57,795 bases of DNA. Source: a virus. Lineage: Duplodnaviria > Caudoviricetes. The notes under the pieces are model-generated. The model ran no database searches, was not told where the DNA came from, and saw only the letters and a program-made list of their open reading frames with translations. Each line of letters begins with the position of its first letter. Position 1 is the stretch's first letter. The stretch covers positions 1-57,795 of IMG/VR virus record IMGVR_UViG_3300005512_000039. The stretch is one strand, 5' to 3'. Both the position numbers and the translations under genes were made by a program. Below are positions 26,727 through 35,474 of the stretch, piece by piece.

Positions 26727-28124
26727 TTAAAATAAATTAGCGGATTTTGCTCCGGCGGCTGCCGAAAGACCTGCAATACCCAAACCAAGAATCTTCTCAC
26801 CCGTCGATACACTAGGGCTACTTGCACCCGTTACAGACATTTGTGTAGATGGTGCACCTTTGTAAATATCAGACAAGAAACCTAAACGCTGATAAGGCTC
26901 ATACGCTGCTTGTAGGGCCGTGGACCGTGCTGCCTCAAGCTCGGCTTGCTGCTGACTTTGTTGTTTCTGGCCAATATCAAACAAGAACCCTGCCTCTTGC
27001 TGCCCTAACTGCTGTTGCTGCTGACCTAGCGAAGCCTGTCTCAAACCAAGTGTGCCCAAAGCCTCGCCTTGTTGTAACCCTAATCCACCGTAATCAACAC
27101 CTAGCGTACCAAGACCTTGTGCTAATTGACCGCCTAATTGTTGCCCAGATATGCCTAACTGACCCGCTTGTCCAGATAATTGACCAGCTAATTGCGCTGC
27201 CGACATCCCTGTCTGAGAAGCAAGCTGTTCAATATTAAGACCGGTCTGCGCCAAAGCTTGTGCATTCGCTGCTTGTAACTGACTTGTGCTTAATCCTAAT
27301 TGACCGCCAAGTTGAGCCGCTTGCTGTGTTCTAGCTTGCTGCTGCTCAAATGCTTGCTGTGCTCGTTGTGCCGCACTTTCAAATCCAGCCGCTCTCATTT
27401 GAGCCGCGGTCCGTGCTTGCTGTTCCAAAACGTTACGGTTAAGCTCACTTTCGGCTACCGCCTGACGAGACCCGCCAAACGCACCTTGGCCCACGGCCTG
27501 TGCTTGAAGACCTTGTTGTTGAATTTCACCTTGACGTGCAATATCAGCTAAAGCTTGTTGTACGGCAGCAGTTTCAAAAGGGCTTTGATATTGAGCAATA
27601 GTCGTAGGATCAAATTGTCCCCCTGTTTGTCCCAATAAACCTAAAGCAGATTCATAAGCACCTATACCACGTTGAGTAGCTTGACCAAATTGAGGTAAAG
27701 CTTGCTGTCCCAACAAAGCTGACCCAATTCCCGCTCTTTGAGCAGCTTGTTGTGCCGTTCCAATTGCGCCTTGAATGCCTAGCTGAGAAGCCGCGACTTG
27801 CGGACTAATGCCTGCCATCGCTTGTCTGATACCTGCCGCAGACTCTTGTTGAAACGGTGTCGCACCAGCCATTGTCCCGCCCAACGCAGTTTGAGCATCA
27901 CCTAACGTAAAGCCTGCCTCGGTTAAATACGGCTGAAAAGCACCAACGCCTTGTTCCGCCGCACCAAACGCCGCCATCTGTAACGGAGAAAACCCTGCAA
28001 TCTGCTGGGCTGGGATAGCTACAGGTTTGTCTGCTAATTGTTTTGCTGATTCTAAAAGTCCTAGTTTAATCGCCTCTATTTCTGGCGCTTCGCGGACTAT
28101 CTGTTCAGTGGTTTCAACGGCCAT
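26727..28124 (-). CDS. Gln/Ala/Gly-rich DNA pilot/ejection protein
   Basis: GAFGGSRQAV motif, long Q/A/G repeats, hydrophobic C-terminus. Confidence 0.75.
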   Translation of the reverse strand: MAVETTEQIVREAPEIEAIKLGLLESAKQLADKPVAIPAQQIAGFSPLQMAAFGAAEQGVGAFQPYLTEAGFTLGDAQTALGGTMAGATPFQQESAAGIRQAMAGISPQVAASQLGIQGAIGTAQQAAQRAGIGSALLGQQALPQFGQATQRGIGAYESALGLLGQTGGQFDPTTIAQYQSPFETAAVQQALADIARQGEIQQQGLQAQAVGQGAFGGSRQAVAESELNRNVLEQQARTAAQMRAAGFESAAQRAQQAFEQQQARTQQAAQLGGQLGLSTSQLQAANAQALAQTGLNIEQLASQTGMSAAQLAGQLSGQAGQLGISGQQLGGQLAQGLGTLGVDYGGLGLQQGEALGTLGLRQASLGQQQQQLGQQEAGFLFDIGQKQQSQQQAELEAARSTALQAAYEPYQRLGFLSDIYKGAPSTQMSVTGASSPSVSTGEKILGLGIAGLSAAAGAKSANLF

Positions 28125-29941
28125 TATGCCATCCTTCCTTTTCTCTCAAGGTTAGCCATAACCCCATACATGTTTTGTATCCCTCGTCTTAGGTTTCCGT
28201 TACCCATGCCTTTAACCGCATCGGTGGTCATAACAAACTCACCCGGCATTAACATGGCTCGGACGCTGTCTTTGCCCGGTATACCTTCATCCGGCATAAT
28301 CCCGCCGGTTCTTCGAGGAAATATTTCTCCGCCTTGAGCTGCTGTTTGAACAGGAGGTCTATAGAAAGGACCACCTTCTCTAGGTCTGCTTGACGGTAAA
28401 GCAAAAGTCGATGGATTATAAAAGTCAGAATAACTAACGTATTGTGTCAAAGGCGCTGTATAAATTGGATCTACTGCTGCAGTATTAACCATAAATTGAT
28501 CTTGATTTGCCATGAACCGTTCATAACCGGTCGGACCACGCTTCACGCCAAGCGGTGAGTCTTCTTCTGGAGTAGGCTTTGGAGTTTTAAACATACCTGT
28601 TCCGTACATCACTGCGCCACCTGTAACAGCATAAGGAGCTACTTGTTGAAGAAGATTTTTCTGTGTCTCTCCAGAAAATACTTTAGCATATTCTAATTGG
28701 ATATTCGGATCTAACTTACCATATTGTTCTATGAAAGAAGGATCCTTTAATACATCAGAAACGCTTTTTTCTGGGGCACCAAACAATAAGTCTTTACCCT
28801 TATCATATCCAGTTGTAGCGTATTTTTTTGCGGTGTTGTAAGCTTCACCCAATTTTTCTGAGAATGTTGTCGGTTGTGGTCCAAACTGAGTGTTTGTGCT
28901 AATCGATTGATTGCCCGGTGCTCCTGTATAAGGTCGTGCCGCAGGCATTCCTTCACTTAACACACCCTCCGATGCCGTCGATGGTGGACCCATGTAAGCT
29001 TGTGTATCTGCATACGCAGGAAGTTGTTCACCACCACCCATGATGTCTGATATATATTGTTCTTGAGCGCTAACTACCTCTCCATCCGCCGTAGGGGTAG
29101 TAGTTTTCGCCCCCGTGGTACTTGCCTTTGCCGCCAAACTTGGATCAACAAACTCTTGACCGAAATTAAATCCTTGACCACTAAAACCACTCTTTAATTG
29201 ACCGCCTACTTGAGCAAAACGTGCGCCTGGGTTAGCTAAAGACTGGGTAAACCCTCCGGTAAAGCCCCCTTCACCGCCAATGTTGCTGATTCCGGAAAAA
29301 GCGGCACTAGATAAACCAGAAAGCGCCGCAGATTTAAGCGCGTCTTTAAAACTCCCGCCTTGAACTAAGGTTCCAATACCTGAACCGAGGGCCGCGCCAT
29401 ACGCGCCAAGAGCCGGAAAGGCTAACGTAAGCGCAATCGGCAATACAATCGGAGCAACTTTCTTGGCTACCTGGACAACCTTGCTGGCTACTTTCTTTAC
29501 GCCTTTAGCTATGCTAGAAACGGCTTTCTTAATAGGTCTAAAAACACGTTTAAAAAAGTACTCAGGTAAACCTGTCTCTGGATTAATCGAAGCCGAGCCA
29601 GAACCCACAACATACTGCTCAGGATTTTCAACCCCTTGAGCCATCAGTTGCTCAAATACCGCTTCTTTTATTTCAGGGTTGTCATCTAGAATCTTTTTAG
29701 GAATAATCAGTTCGCCTGTTTGAGCGTGAACAATAACGTCATCGCCAAAACGACCTAGAGAAGCCATCTGAGCCGCCATATCAGTAAACTGACTGATGCC
29801 CTCGCCGCCGTAAACTTCTTCAGCTAGTTGTTGATCTTCTTCTCGTTCTAAATTAGCAATGTCCTCGTCGGACATCATAAAACTAGCTACACCCCCGTCA
29901 GGGACTTGCATTTGATCCATTTCTGCGGTCATCTCAGCCAT
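28124..29941 (-). CDS. internal virion/ejection protein
   Basis: GRFGDDVIVH, INPETGLPEY, Gly-rich TM hairpin, DSVRAMLMPGEFVM. Confidence 0.75.
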   Translation of the reverse strand: MAEMTAEMDQMQVPDGGVASFMMSDEDIANLEREEDQQLAEEVYGGEGISQFTDMAAQMASLGRFGDDVIVHAQTGELIIPKKILDDNPEIKEAVFEQLMAQGVENPEQYVVGSGSASINPETGLPEYFFKRVFRPIKKAVSSIAKGVKKVASKVVQVAKKVAPIVLPIALTLAFPALGAYGAALGSGIGTLVQGGSFKDALKSAALSGLSSAAFSGISNIGGEGGFTGGFTQSLANPGARFAQVGGQLKSGFSGQGFNFGQEFVDPSLAAKASTTGAKTTTPTADGEVVSAQEQYISDIMGGGEQLPAYADTQAYMGPPSTASEGVLSEGMPAARPYTGAPGNQSISTNTQFGPQPTTFSEKLGEAYNTAKKYATTGYDKGKDLLFGAPEKSVSDVLKDPSFIEQYGKLDPNIQLEYAKVFSGETQKNLLQQVAPYAVTGGAVMYGTGMFKTPKPTPEEDSPLGVKRGPTGYERFMANQDQFMVNTAAVDPIYTAPLTQYVSYSDFYNPSTFALPSSRPREGGPFYRPPVQTAAQGGEIFPRRTGGIMPDEGIPGKDSVRAMLMPGEFVMTTDAVKGMGNGNLRRGIQNMYGVMANLERKGRMA

Positions 29942-30174
29942 TATCCTGCTCCACCAGATATGCTCTCAGGCATAGTTACTTGAATTATTGTACTTTTACT
30001 TTCAGTCCCCGTCCATGAATTACCGCAATCTGGGCAATTTCCAGACGGATATGACAGTATTTCTTCAGGGGTGTCCACCGCATTGCCGCAATTAGCGCAA
30101 TGAATTAACTCTTGGCTGGTGGAAGGTCTCCATTTGGAGCCATTAGCCATAGTAATAATTGTTTCGTCACTCAT
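29941..30174 (-). CDS. Zn-ribbon protein in tail module
   Basis: CANC...CPDC. Confidence 0.7.
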   Translation of the reverse strand: MSDETIITMANGSKWRPSTSQELIHCANCGNAVDTPEEILSYPSGNCPDCGNSWTGTESKSTIIQVTMPESISGGAG

Positions 30175-30467
30175 GATATAGTCACCGTTACGCTCCCTAC
30201 AGAGCCTGTTGCAGACTGACCACCGACATGAGGCATATTAGCTAAGGTTATTTTAACAAATCCTGCCTGTTGAAACAAAGCCCCTACCTCTAATCCGCTA
30301 TCGTCTGTTTGTAAATTAGTAAGAACAATATTGGTGTTTCTACCCTCACCTGGATTTTGTATCTGCTGCAAATAAACAGAAAAAGATCGAACAATTTCAT
30401 TTAAATAAGCTTGATCATACTCCGCTGGGGGTAATGGAAAAAACGGTAATACCAGATTCCTAGACAT
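30171..30467 (-). CDS. putative tail structural protein
   Basis: LPPAEYDQAY motif, directly downstream of nozzle gene. Confidence 0.65.
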   Translation of the reverse strand: MSRNLVLPFFPLPPAEYDQAYLNEIVRSFSVYLQQIQNPGEGRNTNIVLTNLQTDDSGLEVGALFQQAGFVKITLANMPHVGGQSATGSVGSVTVTIS

Positions 30468-32584
30468 TATCTACGCCCGTCTGGCTTGACATCTACTCTA
30501 GGAGAACCCAATCTCCAAGAAACCCCCGTAGTGCTACTGTCTATCTTAAACGCCATAGAACGACCGCGTAACCGTAAACGAACGTCTTGCGTAAACTGTT
30601 CTACAGGAACCGATGCCGTCTTAGTAACCGCACTTCCTGTGCTGTTTGTATACGGACCTCCCGGAAAATTTCTAACCTCGACAGTCATAGTTACACTAGG
30701 CGACGACGCGGAGCTATTCCTAAAGGTTACATCGGGTATTAAACGGCTAACCAACATAAAGTTATCGCCATCCGATATATCAAACTGACTACTTTCTACA
30801 TAAGAAGAAATAGCCGTTGAAGGATTACTGCTGCCATCATCAAACCCAGACTCTTGGTAATACAAAACGTTGTCCGAACCTGCTGATATCGGGTTTGTCT
30901 CAAAACCGCGATCCAACCATGCCGTTCTATTTAAAGTACCGTAATACCATATATTCTGCGCGTAATTAAACACAACATAACTATCATTCTCAGTAGAAGC
31001 CAAAGATGGGTAAAACCACCATACCTCAGAAAAAGCTGTATTAGAGGCAGCCTTTACTTTTTCAAATTGTTCTTCGTTAAGATTACTAAACACGTAATCC
31101 CTGACACTACACGGTATTCTTTGAACCGCACCGCCATATACATAAAACTCTTCTTGACCCATCCAATATACTTTGTCTTCCACAGAAACCGCTGCCAAAG
31201 GACCCGCTATGGTCACGTTTTGAGAAACCGTGTTAATACCAAAAGTAAACGGCGGTCCTAAGAATTGAAGCGTATGTAACGAAACATCAGTAAACACAAG
31301 AATCTGCTGCCTTGTTTCCACCGCCATAATAATTTCGGAGCCCGTACCAATACGTAAATCTCCTGCCGTATTAGTAGGCAAAGATTGCCAATCCGTAAGA
31401 CTTTCTTGGTCAGAAAAACGAATCAACAAAGGGTCTTGAGTTCCTATGTCATTTTCAGGGTCACAACCAAAAGCTAACACGTGACGATCTCGATCAGATA
31501 TCAACACCTGTTTTGCTATCGTTGGAGCTAAATTTGAACCCGCCAATGAAGATAATTCGACTGCTCGATTAGTTTTACCAGAAGAAGCATCCCAGTAATA
31601 AATACCACCATCCCTGATATTTATTAATAAGTCCTCTCCGAAGTTATCGTCTGTCCAAATACGTAATTCATCAGTCGTTACCGTAGTCGAAGCAGCCGAT
31701 CCCCACGTTCCACGGCTCCAAGCTCCCGCTCCCCAGCCAGTTCCTCCAACTACCGTGTCCAAACCCACATTAATTTGATAGGTTCCTACAACCGATGCGC
31801 CGCCATTGCCTGAATCACTAGAGTTTGCGAAAACATAGCTAGGATCTAAACCACCGGTTATCGTAATTGAGTCAATACTAGTATTTTCAGCGCGAGCCTC
31901 TACATAATACTCATTAGCATTAACAATGTGAGTGATTTGATACTCTTGGTTTATAACATTAGCCGTAATATTACCGCCAAAAGTTGCTGCCCCCGAAAAA
32001 GTAACAAAATCAAAATCAACCGCACCATGATTAGTATCAGATACGATGATTGTTGCACAAAGAACAGCATCTCCTGAAGTATGAGACGCGGCGGTAGTAC
32101 CGTTTTGGCCCCTATTACAACCCGTCAAAGTATTAGAGGAAATTCCTTCATAAGTAATAATCTCACTATTTATTTTGATTCGACCATTATTTGGAAAACC
32201 CGATGCGCTAGTTAACGTTATGGTTAAATCTCCGGTGGCTACGTCAGCCCCCAAAGTGTTAGCAGAAGCAGAAAAGGTAACATCACCCGCCGCAGTTGTT
32301 TCTCTGATGGGCGTTATGTCATAAAAACCTTGACCTTCAACTAGGTAATACTTTAAATTAGTACCTAATCCAAGATATTTAGATCCATCTAAAGCAAGCC
32401 ACCCGTGTAGGGTTCTACCTGTACCTAAAAAATAGTTAGGTGTTAGCTTAGTCCAACCACCTATTTTTTCAGGGTATCCAAAACGGAATCGGACTTTGTC
32501 CCCGTCAAACCAACCACCTTCATTACTGTAAGAAGTGGTCTCTCGGTTTATACCGGGCTTAAACTGTAATTTAGTTAAAGGCAT
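30467..32584 (-). CDS. tail nozzle/stabilisation protein (P22 gp10-like)
   Basis: 705 aa beta-rich; KPGINR...EKIGGW N-terminus, LRLRGR...WRLG...PDGRR C-terminus. Confidence 0.8.
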   Translation of the reverse strand: MPLTKLQFKPGINRETTSYSNEGGWFDGDKVRFRFGYPEKIGGWTKLTPNYFLGTGRTLHGWLALDGSKYLGLGTNLKYYLVEGQGFYDITPIRETTAAGDVTFSASANTLGADVATGDLTITLTSASGFPNNGRIKINSEIITYEGISSNTLTGCNRGQNGTTAASHTSGDAVLCATIIVSDTNHGAVDFDFVTFSGAATFGGNITANVINQEYQITHIVNANEYYVEARAENTSIDSITITGGLDPSYVFANSSDSGNGGASVVGTYQINVGLDTVVGGTGWGAGAWSRGTWGSAASTTVTTDELRIWTDDNFGEDLLINIRDGGIYYWDASSGKTNRAVELSSLAGSNLAPTIAKQVLISDRDRHVLAFGCDPENDIGTQDPLLIRFSDQESLTDWQSLPTNTAGDLRIGTGSEIIMAVETRQQILVFTDVSLHTLQFLGPPFTFGINTVSQNVTIAGPLAAVSVEDKVYWMGQEEFYVYGGAVQRIPCSVRDYVFSNLNEEQFEKVKAASNTAFSEVWWFYPSLASTENDSYVVFNYAQNIWYYGTLNRTAWLDRGFETNPISAGSDNVLYYQESGFDDGSSNPSTAISSYVESSQFDISDGDNFMLVSRLIPDVTFRNSSASSPSVTMTVEVRNFPGGPYTNSTGSAVTKTASVPVEQFTQDVRLRLRGRSMAFKIDSSTTGVSWRLGSPRVDVKPDGRR

Positions 32585-32612
32585 ATTTGGGGAGCTTAAA
32601 ACATTTTTCTAC

Positions 32613-33038
32613 CTATAGTATAACCTTTTTGACATATTTATCGGAATTTATTGCGTTTTTATATATTAATAAAGCCCATTTTTTTACGTTTTTAGTAGTT
32701 ACTCTATAGTCATACGTGGTTGGAATCTCAAATACTTTGTCTGTATCCTCATACTTACTCTTACTTACAGTGTCCATCCATATTGTTATATCAGCCTTAA
32801 AAATCTTTCTTATCTCTTCTGTGGGGGCTATAAAATCTGTTATACTTCTCGCATACTCTTCAGACAGCTTCTTGAGTCGCCTTGCTTGTCGTAGTCTGCC
32901 TTCATTGCTAAAATCCCAATCATTATACTCAGCTCTAACTTTGTCCGCATTAATTCTTGGAAATCTTGATAACCTTTGTAATTCGTCTGCTAATGTAGTT
33001 TTTCCACTACCTGAAAGTCCCATTACAAGGATTTTCAT
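32613..33038 (-). CDS. cysC: adenylyl-sulfate (APS) kinase-like protein
   Basis: GLSGSGKTT P-loop, NADKVR..DWDFSNEGRLRQARR, DFIAPTEEIR, FEIP; compact phage form. Confidence 0.85.
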   Translation of the reverse strand: MKILVMGLSGSGKTTLADELQRLSRFPRINADKVRAEYNDWDFSNEGRLRQARRLKKLSEEYARSITDFIAPTEEIRKIFKADITIWMDTVSKSKYEDTDKVFEIPTTYDYRVTTKNVKKWALLIYKNAINSDKYVKKVIL

Positions 33039-33529
33039 ATTCTTATGGGGTTATCATTATGATTATAACCTGCTTGTTTTACATGAAAATCTATATCTTT
33101 AACAGGTTTATATTCAATTTCAAAATGTTTGCAAATTTCTTTACAAGCTTTATGTTTATCTTCCATAAACTGTTCGAAAGACATGCATAAAACATCTGAA
33201 CTTTCTAATAAATTATTCCAACGATATAACCAAAATTTAGCTTCTTGTATGTTACCTTGTAATTTATTTAAATGGTCAAGTATGTTTCTAAACAAAAATA
33301 CTTTTTTACCGTCTATATTAGGAGCAACTTCTGTACATAAACTTGAATATTTAACTAATAAGTGGTCTTTATGATTATCTTTAATTAGTTGAATTTTTTT
33401 AGTCATGTCATTAGTAGATACAATATCATGAGACCATTTAGGTTCTGTAATGGTATCTACTGAACTACTTAACATACAAGCTAATAATGTACTCCCACAA
33501 TGTGAAGTGTGAAAGATTGAATATTTCAT
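33035..33529 (-). CDS. sulfotransferase-family protein
   Basis: 5'-PSB-like loop HTSHCGSTLL, then EP, VFLFRN (3'-PB), SFEQF...ICKHF. Confidence 0.75.
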   Translation of the reverse strand: MKYSIFHTSHCGSTLLACMLSSSVDTITEPKWSHDIVSTNDMTKKIQLIKDNHKDHLLVKYSSLCTEVAPNIDGKKVFLFRNILDHLNKLQGNIQEAKFWLYRWNNLLESSDVLCMSFEQFMEDKHKACKEICKHFEIEYKPVKDIDFHVKQAGYNHNDNPIRI

Positions 33530-33530
33530 G

Positions 33531-34037
33531 TTAAGACTTCAATAGTTTAAATGCTAGTGTAACTCTTAGCCCGTTGAAGTCTTTACTAATCGGAGAGGCA
33601 AAATGAAATATGTTATTTTGGAAGTAAATAGCAGAATTGGGAGTGTAAGAAACCGTAACTACATCTCCTAAAACAGCATCCTCTTTTAAAAAAGAAGTTC
33701 CCCCTCCAAACTTAGGCTGCCAATCTTGATTACAATAAATTAAAAAAGTTCTTCCATTATCGTCTTTAGTGTCTTGATGAGGCTTCCCTGACCCTCCCGC
33801 AGTATGCCCATTCATATAAATTTCATCTACTGTAAAATCGTCTCTAGTTACCTCTTTAATTTTGTTCAGTATCCGCTCACTAAAAAAAGAGTCTTCTTCT
33901 AGTCCGTCTATTTTCCAAAAAAAATTTTCGCTTGACTCGTTAGAATAATGTCCCCAACTCCATCTTGGGCTATTTATAATACTTGTTACATAACTTATTT
34001 CTTGACTACATAAAAAATTATCATATTTAATCAGCAT
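33531..34037 (-). CDS. 2OG-Fe(II) oxygenase (prolyl-hydroxylase-like)
   Basis: HQD, W..FGGGTSF, PNSAIYF, distal H (HFA), RVTLAFK. Confidence 0.9.
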   Translation of the reverse strand: MLIKYDNFLCSQEISYVTSIINSPRWSWGHYSNESSENFFWKIDGLEEDSFFSERILNKIKEVTRDDFTVDEIYMNGHTAGGSGKPHQDTKDDNGRTFLIYCNQDWQPKFGGGTSFLKEDAVLGDVVTVSYTPNSAIYFQNNIFHFASPISKDFNGLRVTLAFKLLKS

Positions 34038-34665
34038 TTTTAATATCCAAAAACTTTGTTATTGAATACTTACCATTTCCTGAAAAAGGTTTAGAAAATT
34101 TATTTGTAACTACTTTAGTAGAAGCGTGATAGAGGCAACTTTTAAAAAATATTACTCTATTAGGTTTAATTTCTATCGTATAGTCAAAGTCTTTAAAGTG
34201 CAAATCGCCCCCAGTAAAAGCTTTTGGTTCTTTATAAAAATAACTTATCATGGTGTATCTAGAGGTATCTACATGACTCTTATATTCCTCAGTATCCTCA
34301 TAATATCTTAGTTTAGTTCCACTAGTATTTAAGTCAGATACATCTCTAAGTAAGGGATCTAAGGCTGCTATTGAATTAAGCAGAGCTTGATTAAATATTT
34401 TATCTGTTATAGTTAAAATATCAGAGTAAGTGCTCTCTTTAAAGATACTATTTAAGAAGATTCCATAGCCATCTGATAGTGTTGTTGCTGACAGCTTTTC
34501 TTTTGCTGTACCTAACTCTTCCCCTGACTTTACCATTCTATTTGGAGACGATAAGTACTCTATTTCTTTCCAAAGTAAGTCTAGCTCTTCGTTGTTATAA
34601 AAATTATCTATTACAGCATGAGGGAAAGGGTCCGTGTTTAAATATACTAGAGGTTTCTCTTGCAT
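34027..34665 (-). CDS. 2OG-Fe(II) oxygenase
   Basis: YKSHVD, FTGGDLHF, NRVIFF..CLYH, GKYSIT. Confidence 0.9.
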   Translation of the reverse strand: MQEKPLVYLNTDPFPHAVIDNFYNNEELDLLWKEIEYLSSPNRMVKSGEELGTAKEKLSATTLSDGYGIFLNSIFKESTYSDILTITDKIFNQALLNSIAALDPLLRDVSDLNTSGTKLRYYEDTEEYKSHVDTSRYTMISYFYKEPKAFTGGDLHFKDFDYTIEIKPNRVIFFKSCLYHASTKVVTNKFSKPFSGNGKYSITKFLDIKNAD

Positions 34666-34919
34666 TAAACAGAGGCCTGATTTGCAGCTTCTTCTTCTGC
34701 TGCTTTAGCTTCATTCCACAGATTAATACAGCTAGTGGTCCAACTTGGCAGCTCTGTAATATCTTCGTTTAAAGATCCATCAGTGTATTCAATCCATCCT
34801 TTAGTTTGATCCCACTGTAAGGCATGAACATTAGCAGGTATACCCGATAAAGCTAATTCTAAAAAACAATAATTATCAATATATACGGCACCGTCACTAG
34901 GAATTATCGTTAGTTTCAT
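34665..34919 (-). CDS. tail-fibre-associated small protein
   Basis: HALQWD...GWIEY motif seen downstream of phage fibres. Confidence 0.6.
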   Translation of the reverse strand: MKLTIIPSDGAVYIDNYCFLELALSGIPANVHALQWDQTKGWIEYTDGSLNEDITELPSWTTSCINLWNEAKAAEEEAANQASV

Positions 34920-35247
34920 TTTTCACCTCAATTAAATTACTAATATTAGTTTCTTTTGTTTTTTCTAATAAGATATGTTGTGTTGTCTTATTGGATTTTA
35001 CCATTTCATTTCTAAATGATTCTACCGCTGCTCCAGTCTCTCTGCTAACTTTACTATTTTCTATTAATAGCATGGGTATCCAGTTAATAGCACAATCGCC
35101 TGAATTTATTTCTTTGTTTGTTTGAGGGTCTCTTCCTGCAATAGTAACCCAAAAATTACAGCCTACAAGCTTACCTTCTCTAATTGAACCGTCTTCAATG
35201 CAAGCTTCTCCTAACCAAGGGCACAGCTTTACTTTGTCTACAGCCAT
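34897..35247 (-). CDS. conserved Cys-containing fibre-associated protein
   Basis: CP..C, GRDPQT, CAINWIPMLLIENS...GAAVESFRNEMV. Confidence 0.7.
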   Translation of the reverse strand: MAVDKVKLCPWLGEACIEDGSIREGKLVGCNFWVTIAGRDPQTNKEINSGDCAINWIPMLLIENSKVSRETGAAVESFRNEMVKSNKTTQHILLEKTKETNISNLIEVKNETNDNS

Positions 35248-35474
35248 TGATTTACCTTATTAATTGAATCTACTATTTCATCTTTAAATATAATAAAAGA
35301 TTTATTTATTTCTTTCGCCACTGCTTTTTTGTTTAATAGCTCTCTGACATTTTTTCTTATAGCACAGCCTACTCTTTTGTTATCTTGCTGTATACAAAAG
35401 CTACACGTACTACAAGTTTCAGGAAAAGTCCCTTTAGTTATTGGGCATATTGTTTTAACGTCCTTTTTTGCCAT
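35238..35474 (-). CDS. small Cys-rich protein (distant paralog of neighbour)
   Basis: CP...CSTC.FC...GCAI. Confidence 0.6.
   Translation of the reverse strand: MAKKDVKTICPITKGTFPETCSTCSFCIQQDNKRVGCAIRKNVRELLNKKAVAKEINKSFIIFKDEIVDSINKVNQWL

Noticed and set aside
35030-35050. Second VSRET peptide as another parS
   Set aside because: The DNA (GTTAGCAGAGAGACT on the coding strand) is not the parS palindrome
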